Assembly (NCBI GenBank): GCA_048772705.1
Contig: JBLWGC010000054.1
Location: 1 to 25,337, forward strand
Origin: Leidyana gryllorum EB-2025a
Taxonomy: Eukaryota > Protista > Apicomplexa
DNA: 25,337 bases
Direction: 5' to 3'
Position numbers and translations under genes: made by a program. This document shows positions 18,061-25,337 of this stretch, in pieces. Below the pieces are notes generated by a model. That model was not told where the DNA came from. It saw nothing but the letters and a program-made list of their open reading frames with translations, and made no database searches. Each line of letters starts with the position of its first letter. Within the stretch, counting starts at the first letter, position 1.

Positions 18061-18133
18061 TGATGCGGATGGGACTCGAACCCACAACTCCCGGTTCCGA
18101 AGACCGATGCCCTATCCATTAGGCCACCGCACC
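18061..18133 (-). tRNA. tRNA-Arg(TCG)
   Basis: GGTGCGG/CCGCATC acceptor, loop CTTCGGA. Confidence 0.9.
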
Positions 18134-18214
18134 ATAGACAAGCTTCGGTCATCTCGATACTAGTTGGGTGTAAGAGGAGACACCTTGGGGCAGCTCGGTG
18201 GATGGGTTGCGAAT

Positions 18215-18287
18215 GCGGTTGTGCCGCAATGCATAGCGCGTTGCCCTCCCAAGGCGAAGGTTGAGGATTCGGGTCCCTCCAGCCGTT
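18215..18287 (+). pseudogene. Degenerate tRNA, Arg(CCT)-like body with CCC anticodon
   Basis: Foldable cloverleaf, loop CTCCCAA; D-loop AATGCATA lacks GG; G53>A. Confidence 0.55.
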
Positions 18288-18370
18288 TCCTGCGTGGCTT
18301 CGTTTGTGCAAAGTGGAGAGACTGGTCATACCATGTAAAAAAGAACTGGATGTACTGGGGTTTGCTCAAT

Positions 18371-18443
18371 GGGCGACTAGCTCAAATGGTAGAGCGCTCG
18401 CTTAGCATGCGAGAGGTACTGGGATCGATGCCCAGGTCGTCCA
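18371..18443 (+). tRNA. tRNA-Ala(AGC)
   Basis: Full cloverleaf. Confidence 0.94.
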
Positions 18444-18560
18444 AAGTACGCTACGGCTGTACGTGGCGGGAGCCAAACCCAACCTTACATCTTTGAAGGG
18501 TCGCAGACCACAAGTGCCATTGGGAGAGCAGCGCAGTCAGTGTCTAGGGTGCCTCTAGAC

Positions 18561-18633
18561 CGGTCCTGGCAGGTTTCGAACCGGCGGGTTTGTGGTTAAC
18601 AGCCACACGCTCTGCCGACCGAGCTACAAGACC
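18561..18633 (-). pseudogene. tRNA-Asn(GTT) degenerate copy
   Basis: A14>G, variable-loop and T-stem changes. Confidence 0.68.
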
Positions 18634-18763
18634 CAGCGACAATGTTTCAGAGGTCAGTATAGAGACCCTCCGCTCTCTACCGCAGGATTCTGCAACCCCT
18701 TTGTTGTAGATTCACCAGTCACGAGGGTACGGCTCTCGGCTAAAGCTGCAGCTGAGGGAGTTG

Positions 18764-18836
18764 TCCACTGTAGTCTAAGTGGCTAGGATATGCGGCTCTC
18801 ACCCGCACGATCCGGGTTCAAGTCCCGGCAGTGGAG
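18764..18836 (+). tRNA. tRNA-Glu(CTC)
   Basis: Full cloverleaf; discriminator G. Confidence 0.88.
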
Positions 18837-18887
18837 AGTGTGCTTGCAGGCAACGCTTCCATTCCTACTCCCAGAGACATTGATTTG

Positions 18888-18960
18888 CACCGCCCGCGGG
18901 GCTCGAACCCGCGACTGCAAGATTAAAAGTCTTGCGCTCTACCGACTGAGCTAGGGCGGC
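18888..18960 (-). tRNA. tRNA-Lys(TTT)
   Basis: Same body as Lys(CTT), loop CTTTTAA. Confidence 0.93.
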
Positions 18961-19088
18961 AAGGAAGCTCTAAACTTAGTTACACCCTATTTGCCGTTGG
19001 GTGGAGCAGTGGAAGGATTGACTGGTGGAACAATGTGCTCCAGTAACTTCCGTCAATAGTGACTGATGCGTGATTACCAGCTGATATT

Positions 19089-19160
19089 GCCTTCTTAGCT
19101 TAGGGGCACAGCATTCGCTTAGTAAGCGAAAGGTCGCCGGTTCGATTCCGGCAGAAGGCT
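19089..19160 (+). tRNA. tRNA-Thr(AGT) variant (G22>C)
   Basis: Otherwise intact. Confidence 0.85.
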
Positions 19161-19209
19161 TTGCTCACGAGAAAATCTATTCTATAACTGTTTCCCTTCT
19201 GCGCACACT

Positions 19210-19281
19210 TAGCAGTGCGTCGTTTCGATCGACGGACCTTTGGGTTATGAGCCCAACACTCTTCCACTGAGCTACAATGCT
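19210..19281 (-). tRNA. initiator tRNA-Met(CAT) variant
   Basis: As 3731-3802 with G5>T. Confidence 0.83.
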
Positions 19282-19421
19282 CAGTCTGCAACATGGAAGA
19301 GGTAGCCGAAATGCGATTCTTGAGATGCTAGTTACCCTGACTGCCCTACCCAAGTGGCTAACGAGGTGGTTGTGTTGTTTCTGAGGGCAACTTGTCCCGT
19401 CGGGTCAACCGACGACCAAGA

Positions 19422-19492
19422 GGGCTGTTCTGGGAATCGAACCAGGACTACTTCCACCCTGAGGAAGGATCATACCACTAGACCAAACAGCC
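19422..19492 (-). pseudogene. tRNA-Pro(AGG) degenerate copy
   Basis: U33>C and T-stem G deletion. Confidence 0.7.
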
Positions 19493-19522
19493 GACTGGTC
19501 GGTGGTTCAACCCGCTGGGTAC

Positions 19523-19626
19523 AGTCGAGAGACTCGTATCACTATGTGAAGTATCACTCAATGCCATGAGGTAGTCGAGAGACTCGTATCACTATGTGAA
19601 GTACCACTCAATGCCATGAGGTAGTC
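19523..19626. repeat. 50-bp tandem duplication in spacer
   Basis: AGTCGAGAGACTCGTATCACTATGTGAAGTAYCACTCAATGCCATGAGGT x2; single copy in the paralogous spacer at ~24241. Confidence 0.9.
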
Positions 19627-19798
19627 ATAGAGAGAGGCTAGCCCAGATGATGAAACGGTGGCTTAGTATACAAAAGGTTCTGGGATCGATTCCCAGCCCA
19701 TCCGAACCACATAGATGGAACCCTCGCGGGAGTAGTCTAGTTGGCCTATCAACGCTGTCCATCAGGTTGAGTAGTAGTTTGCCGATGACCGCTCTACT

Positions 19799-19878
19799 TC
19801 CGGTGGGACGGAATCGAACCGCCGACTATCTGATGCCAGCACTACAGTCAGATGCTCTACCAACCGAGCTACCCCCGG
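19799..19878 (-). tRNA. tRNA-Tyr(GTA) with 7-nt intron (19835-19841), A14>G variant
   Basis: TCTGA-CTGTAG[TGCTGGC]A-TCAGA. Confidence 0.8.
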
Positions 19879-19921
19879 CCGTCCAACTGCTCCGGGGTTC
19901 GAAAGGCTCAACCCCAGATCC

Positions 19922-19977
19922 TCGCCCTTTGGACTGCGGCCTTAACACAGCGCCTTAGACCACTCGGCCATCTTGCC
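19922..19977 (-). pseudogene. 3'-truncated tRNA-Leu(AAG)
   Basis: Loop TTAAGGC; T-arm and acceptor 3' strand replaced; same junction at ~24602. Confidence 0.75.
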
Positions 19978-20061
19978 GGAGTGCTCATGGCTCGCCGCTT
20001 TACACGTTTTCTGATCGTGAGTCAAAATAGAAAGACTTCTGGGATTGGAGGCCGGCGTGTA

Positions 20062-20204
20062 TGTCCGCCTGTCACGCGGAAGACCAGGGTTCGTTTCCCG
20101 GTCTCGGGGCACAGATGATTTTGCTTAGGATTGTTTCCTTTGATTCTCGAGATAGTATTTTCGCCTGTCACGCGGAAGACCCGGGTTCGATTCCCGGTCT
20201 CGGA
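20062..20204 (+). pseudogene. Two partial tRNA-Asp(GTC) copies
   Basis: First lacks 5' end; second lacks D-loop (deletion between AGTAT repeats). Confidence 0.72.
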
Positions 20205-20467
20205 GATAGATCGTCTTCCGCTCTAGATTTCGTGATGCTCACCTGAACGATGCGTGTTACAGCCACCGAGGATGGAACTCGGCACCTTTTGGGTGTTAAA
20301 CAGACGTCGTGACCACTAGATGGCTGCACGGAGCTTCCGGACTGCGAAAGGGGCGTGTGTCTCTGGAACCACGTATCCGATGAGCCTGGTTTTTATGTAT
20401 CGGCCTAAGTTGGACGGCCTGGACTAGTTAAGACCCTTCGCTTTGTATTCAGGAATGGAGATGTCAC

Positions 20468-20538
20468 GCATCTGTGGTTTAGTGGTAGACTGTGTCGTTG
20501 CCACCGAGACGACCCAGGTTCGATTCCCGGCAGATGCA
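20468..20538 (+). pseudogene. tRNA-Gly(GCC) degenerate copy
   Basis: Several stem mismatches. Confidence 0.68.
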
Positions 20539-20780
20539 GAGAAGATGGCACATGGTGGAGTTTCATGCGTGAGTTGGTGTGTGACCCTGATCACATCGCA
20601 CCACAGCTGCTGGATCTGCACCAGCCCGGCCCAGGCCCTGTAGAGATCAAATCTCCTCCCCTTCCCCACTCGGGCAAGTTGGCAACTGTCGAACTTAGTA
20701 ACAGATTCCATCCCTATTCGTCGTAGAATGTTGGGACTTCTTCGGGTCGAGGGCAACTCTGTATCACAGATCCACTCCCT

Positions 20781-20854
20781 TGGTCACGCCCGGGCTCGAA
20801 CCGGGGACCTTGAGCTTATTAGGCTCACGCTCTAACCGACTGAGCTACGCGACC
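20781..20854 (-). tRNA. tRNA-Ile(AAT)
   Basis: Same as 2380-2453. Confidence 0.94.
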
Positions 20855-20973
20855 GCCTCCGACGACAGATGGCACCTATTCACTTACTTGATGCCTCTGC
20901 GTCGCCACTGCAATCTCTAGCATGTACTGCTGGTGTTTTGAGCTCAGCCGCCTACTCCGATGATCGCAGCACA

Positions 20974-21055
20974 CGACAACTGCTGGATTTGAACCAGCGC
21001 GGGCCAGGCCCAGTAGATTTCTAGTCTACCCCCTTAACCACTCGGGCAAGTTGCT
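20974..21055 (-). tRNA. tRNA-Ser(AGA) variant (G1>A)
   Basis: Otherwise intact. Confidence 0.83.
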
Positions 21056-21325
21056 GCTGTCGAACTTGGCATTTTGCGGCCAGTGGCTTCACATACGATT
21101 CAGCGAGCTTTACTAGGACTGCTCGCGCCGCCCGAACCCGCGGTTCTCCCTTCAAAAGTCTTGCGCTCTACTGACGGAGTTGGGGCGGCAAGGAAGCTCG
21201 CCCCGTACCCGAGGAAGGCCCCAGATTCCACGATCAATACAAATGGAATTGGTTATGATCACGCCGACATACCATGTTTTCCAAGACGGTACGGCTCTCG
21301 GCCGAAGCCCCAACTCAACCACTCG

Positions 21326-21398
21326 TCCACTGTAGTCTAAGTGGCTAGGATATGCGGCTTTCACCCGCACGATTCGGGTTCAAGTCCCGGCAGTGGAA
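21326..21398 (+). tRNA. tRNA-Glu(TTC)
   Basis: Full cloverleaf. Confidence 0.9.
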
Positions 21399-21474
21399 GT
21401 CATTGAACTACTCTAGCAAAGTGCTCCACTAATCTCCGTCAATAGCGATTGTTTCGTCATCTCCGGCTTCCATT

Positions 21475-21546
21475 GCCTTCTTAGTTTAGGGGCAGAGTGT
21501 TCGCTTCGTAAGCGAGAAGTCGCCGGTTCGATTCCGGCTGAAGGCT
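21475..21546 (+). tRNA. tRNA-Thr(CGT) variant
   Basis: Paralogue of 14961-15032. Confidence 0.72.
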
Positions 21547-21849
21547 CGACTGCATCGACTGGGCACCGGCAAGCTGCTCGCAATTTCCAATAGTCCTAGC
21601 TCAGCCATCAGAGGTAAGTCTCTCAGCCACGAAGTCGCAGGTTTGGAACCTGCCAGTACTTGAGGCACCCATAGGGGGCTGTTTGGTCTAGTTATATGAT
21701 TCTTTCTTCGGCTGGAAGAAGTCCTGGGTTCAATGCCACGTCTCTCCAAGGTCGGCTACTATACGCCACTCCCACTCGTACAATCCCGAATGAAGTCCAG
21801 ACCAGCTGAGACAAAATCTGAGTTGCATCAGTTGTGAGGGCTGGAACTG

Positions 21850-21921
21850 CTCCGAGACCGGGAATCGAACGCGGGTCTTCCGCGTGACAGGCGGAGACAC
21901 TAACCACTATACTGACTCGGA
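21850..21921 (-). pseudogene. tRNA-Asp(GTC) degenerate copy
   Basis: U8, acceptor and T-stem changes. Confidence 0.68.
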
Positions 21922-22012
21922 CGCTCCGAACACGCCGGCCTCCAATCCCAGAAGTCTTTCTATTTCGGCTCACGGACAAAAAACGCGTGGAGCGACGAAC
22001 CAACAAGACTGC

Positions 22013-22092
22013 GGCAAGATGGCCGAGTGGTCTAAGGCGCTGTGTTCAGGCCGCAGTCCGAAAGGGCGTGGGTTCGAATCCCACTCTTGTCA
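22013..22092 (+). tRNA. tRNA-Leu(CAG)
   Basis: Cloverleaf with variable arm, loop TTCAGGC, A73. Confidence 0.93.
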
Positions 22093-22162
22093 GCCGTTGT
22101 ATTGTATTGGTAGGTAGTCCCCTCTCTTCACTGATAGACAGGTCGTTCGAGCTACATACGGC

Positions 22163-22233
22163 TGCACCTGCCGGGACTCGAACCCGGGTTACGACCTTGG
22201 AAGGGTCGCATCTTCCCCTTAGACCACAAGTGC
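22163..22233 (-). tRNA. tRNA-Gly(TCC)
   Basis: CGACC-CTTCCAA-GGTCG; acceptor and T stems pair. Confidence 0.87.
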
Positions 22234-22383
22234 GATTGCGAAAGAGTTGCAGCACCCCGAGACACTCGGGCGATTTCTGCGCGCCACCCTCCGCCATACA
22301 CCCAAAATTGTCCACCGACTTCAAACTCATTGGCATGTGGTCAGGGATGGATTTCCAACATCTTCAACCTTCAGGTCATCTTC

Positions 22384-22455
22384 AGGGCACGCGCGGAGTT
22401 GAACCACGGACTTGCTGATCTGCAGTCAGCTGCTCTACCACTGAGCTACGTACCC
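22384..22455 (-). tRNA. tRNA-Cys(GCA)
   Basis: Full cloverleaf, U73. Confidence 0.93.
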
Positions 22456-22550
22456 ACAAACTACCCGTCATACTCGCTCAACTCGATTCTGTCTTCTCTT
22501 CTAAGCAAAACGGCCGGTATTGTGCACGAGCTTAAACAACAACGGGTTGT

Positions 22551-22621
22551 GCATCTGTGGTCTTGTGGTAGAATGTGTCGTTGCCAGCGAGACGACCCAG
22601 GTTCGATTCCCGACAGACGCA
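22551..22621 (+). pseudogene. tRNA-Gly(GCC) degenerate copy
   Basis: Inverted paralogue of 8679-8749. Confidence 0.7.
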
Positions 22622-22765
22622 GGAGGCACGCCTCAAACCGCCGTGGCAAATTAGCAGAGACGCTGACAAGCTTGGTCGGCACGAGGCCGGGGCATTCTGA
22701 CACTTGATGTAACAACCCCCTGAGATAGAATCGAATGTGAGTTACGCGGTGGAACGGCGGTGATC

Positions 22766-22838
22766 GCTCCCTAGCTCAGCTGGTTAGAGCATCGGCCTTA
22801 TGTGCCGAAGGTCGAGGGTTCGATCCCCCCGGGGAGCA
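22766..22838 (+). tRNA. tRNA-Ile(TAT) variant (one acceptor C missing)
   Basis: As 5234-5307. Confidence 0.72.
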
Positions 22839-23218
22839 AATCAACCCAATGACAGCCGAACGCGACCGCCGAGTACTCCAGCATTTGACACCTGTATGAT
22901 TTTTCCTCGCTTAAAAGAACATTGCAACTGGGTCTTGTAGCTCAGTCGGCAGAGTCTACCCCCTAACCACTCGGGCAAGTTGCCACCTGTCCAACTGGGC
23001 ATCTTGCGCCCAGTGCCGTCACATACGGTTCAGCAAGCTCGACTCGGACTTCTCGCGCTGCCCGAACCTGCGGTCTCCCATCAAAAGTCTTGCGCTCTAT
23101 CGACGCAATTGGGGCGGCGACGAAGCTCGGACTTAGTAACAAATTCCATTCGTATTGATCGTTGAATCTCGGGCCTTCCTCTGGTACAGGGCGAAGCTGT
23201 ATCAGAGATGCACTCACT

Positions 23219-23292
23219 TGGTCACGCACGGGCTCGAACCGGGGACCTTGAGCTTATTAGGCTCACGCTCTAACCGACTGAGCTACGCGACC
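23219..23292 (-). tRNA. tRNA-Ile(AAT) variant
   Basis: One T-stem mismatch. Confidence 0.82.
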
Positions 23293-23411
23293 GCCTCCGA
23301 CGACAGATGGCACCGATTCACTTACTTGATGCCTCTGCGTCGCCACTGCAATCCTTAGCATGTACTGCTGGTGTTTTGAGCCCAGCCGCCTACTCCGATG
23401 ATCGCAGCACA

Positions 23412-23493
23412 CGACAACTGCTGGATTTGAACCAGCGCGGGCCAGGCCTAGTAGATTTCTAGTCTACCCCCTTAACCACTCGGGCAAGTTGCC
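23412..23493 (-). tRNA. tRNA-Ser(AGA)
   Basis: One variable-arm change. Confidence 0.88.
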
Positions 23494-23952
23494 GCTGTCG
23501 AACTTGGCATTTTGCGGCCAGTGGCTTCACATACGATTCAGCGAGCTTTACTAGGACTGCTCGCGCCGCCCGAACCCGCGGTTCTCCCTTCAAAAGTCTT
23601 GCGCTCTACCGACCGAGTTGGGGCGGCAAGGAAGCTCGCCCCGTACCCGAGGAAGGCACACGATTCCACGATCAATACAAATGGAATTGGTTACTAAGTC
23701 CGAATTTGTATCAGAGATCCACTCACTTGGTCACGCCGACATACCAGCCTCACTTGAAGATTGTCCGGGTCGAGTGCTTACAACAGCAAGTTGTGGCCGT
23801 GCATACCCAGGCCCGAATCCTGACTTGGATAGTATGTCCCCGATGTCTCGAATGGGAGATGTAAGTGAAGTCTGTCCAAACCCACGATCGGGCGTAGCTG
23901 CCCATGTCCTCTCTTGATCGCTACACACTTCCATCTGACGGCTCCGTTAGTC

Positions 23953-24025
23953 GGCGCTATGGCCTAATGGATATGGCATCGGTCTACGGAACCGGGGATT
24001 CTGGGTTCGAGTCCCAGTAGCGTCT
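23953..24025 (+). tRNA. tRNA-Arg(ACG)
   Basis: Same as 7819-7891. Confidence 0.92.
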
Positions 24026-24138
24026 GAGCGAATGGCCGGGTTGCAGCCTGTTGAGTCAACAACTCAGATCCTGTCTTAGCTGTCAGGGACATCGTCCGGG
24101 ATGGGTCGAGTGCCGTGTTGCGTCAACGACTATCAGAC

Positions 24139-24210
24139 GGGCTGTTCTGGGAATCGAACCCAGGACTTCTTCCACCCGAAGGAAGAATCATACCACTAGA
24201 CCAAACAGCC
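24139..24210 (-). tRNA. tRNA-Pro(CGG)
   Basis: Full cloverleaf, loop TTCGGGT. Confidence 0.93.
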
Positions 24211-24477
24211 GCCTAGCTGGTGGTTCAACCCGCTGGGTACAGTCGAGAGACTCGTCTCACTATGTGAAGTATTACTCAATGCCATGAGGTAGGCACAGAG
24301 GGAGGCTAGCCCAGATGATGATGAAACGGTGCTTAGTATATGAAAGGTTCTGGGATCGATTCTCAGCGCATCCGAACTACATAGATGGAACCCTCGCCGG
24401 AGTAGTCTAGTTGGCCTATCAACGCTGTCTGCCAAAACCATCAGGTTGAGTAGTACTTTGCCAATCACCACGCTACT

Positions 24478-24557
24478 TCCGGTGGGACGGAATCGAACCG
24501 CCGACTATCTGATGCCAGCACTACAGTCAGATGCTCTACCAACTGAGCTACCCCCGG
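24478..24557 (-). tRNA. tRNA-Tyr(GTA) with 7-nt intron (24514-24520)
   Basis: C1:G72, A73, anticodon GTA, insertion after position 37; G5:A68 mismatch shared by both copies. Confidence 0.87.
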
Positions 24558-24749
24558 CCGTCCAACTGCTCCGGGGTTCGAACGGCTCAACCCCAGATCC
24601 TCGCCCTTTCGGACTGCGGTCTGAGCACAGCGCCTTTGACAACTCGGCCATCTTGCCACAGTGTTGTTGGTTCATCGCTCCACCGGTTTTTTGTCCGTGA
24701 GCCAAAATAGAAAGACTTTTGGGGTTGAAGGCCGGGGTCTCCACGAGCG

Positions 24750-24821
24750 TCCGAGATAGTATAGTGCTTAGTATTTCCGCCTGTCACTCGGAAGACCCGC
24801 GTACGAATCCCGGTCTCGGAG
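24750..24821 (+). pseudogene. tRNA-Asp(GTC) pseudogene
   Basis: D-loop GG and T-loop mutated. Confidence 0.7.
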
Positions 24822-24875
24822 ACACTTAGTTTTTCCGCTTTAGATTTCGTGGTGCTCACCTGCAAAAATGCGAGT

Positions 24876-24948
24876 TACAGCCACCGAGGATCGAACTCGG
24901 GACCTTCTGCGTGTGAACCAGACGTCGTAACCACTAGACCATGGCTGC
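24876..24948 (-). tRNA. tRNA-Val(CAC)
   Basis: Cloverleaf; 31:39 mismatch. Confidence 0.8.
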
Positions 24949-25011
24949 ACGGCAGGTCCCGCAGACCAAAGCAAGTGGGGAGGTTTCACGAAGTAGTGAG
25001 GACTAGTTTCA

Positions 25012-25083
25012 AGGTCGCGCCGGGAATCGAACCCAGGTCGGGAGATTCAAAGTCTCCAGTGCTAACCACTACACCACGCAACC
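25012..25083 (-). tRNA. tRNA-Gln(TTG)
   Basis: Full cloverleaf. Confidence 0.94.
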
Positions 25084-25337
25084 GATTTAGCCCTTCTCAA
25101 AAAGTTGATAGAGCCATCCGGACTAGAGCTTCCCCACACATGCAAAACGGGTTTCTCTACTAACCTCCAAAATATTCAACTGGCTCTTGTAGCGCAGTGG
25201 GCAAAGCGTGTGATTGTTCAATACTAAGTCGCAGGTCCGCGGTCTCAGGCACCCTAGACCGTATTGCGATGCCAAAGTCTATCCAAGGGCTACAGGGCAC
25301 AATCAACGGCTCTCAACTCGGTCAATACATAGCGGCA

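Larger units (their letters stand above)
19422..20327. repeat. Pro-Tyr-Leu(psi)-Asp-Val cassette, direct copy at ~24139-24948
   Basis: Shared gene order and spacers. Confidence 0.85.
1..25337. repeat. Mosaic tRNA gene array (multi-tRNA cassettes in direct and inverted copies)
   Basis: tRNA genes or remnants every ~100-300 bp across the window; spacers recur with their tRNAs. Confidence 0.97.

Noticed and set aside
3-25163. All ORFs in the six-frame track (60-166 aa)
   Set aside because: They run across tRNA genes on both strands, contain typical tRNA-translation peptides (GFEP, GSNP, PLDH), many start at non-ATG codons, and frames are not conserved between duplicate cassettes
1-25337. Bacterial, phage or organellar tRNA cluster
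   Set aside because: A34 anticodons in eight families, eukaryotic initiator features, A54 in Ala and a 37/38 intron point to a eukaryotic nuclear origin
1-25337. 5S rRNA, spliced-leader RNA or U snRNA genes among the tRNAs
   Set aside because: No recognisable match by eye, including the dinoflagellate leader CCGTAGCCATTTTGGCTCAAG; an Rfam scan is needed to exclude them fully

Overview
The whole 25.3 kb window is a dense eukaryotic tRNA gene array with no credible protein-coding gene. I can read about 60 intact or near-intact tRNA genes on both strands, covering all 20 amino acids plus initiator Met, and roughly as many degenerate or truncated copies. It has eukaryotic nuclear hallmarks: no encoded CCA, A34 anticodons in Ala/Pro/Thr/Val/Ser/Arg/Ile, an initiator tRNA with A1:U72 and A54/A60, and an intron-containing tRNA-Tyr. 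I cannot name the organism from the sequence. The array is a shuffled mosaic of 0.3-1 kb multi-tRNA cassettes in direct and inverted orientation, joined at microhomologies, often inside tRNA genes. Notable points: almost no oligo-dT Pol III terminators; isoacceptors that differ essentially only at position 34; several anticodon-switched copies (Trp body/GCA, Leu body/CGG, Glu body/CTT, Gln body/CTA amber, Trp remnant/TCA opal); a 7-nt tRNA-Tyr intron; an amplified Lys-derived tRNA-like element; and one unique non-tRNA insert at about 6612-6980. All ORFs in the six-frame track look like chance read-throughs of tRNA repeats. Coordinates were counted by hand, and pseudogene and duplication boundaries are approximate.
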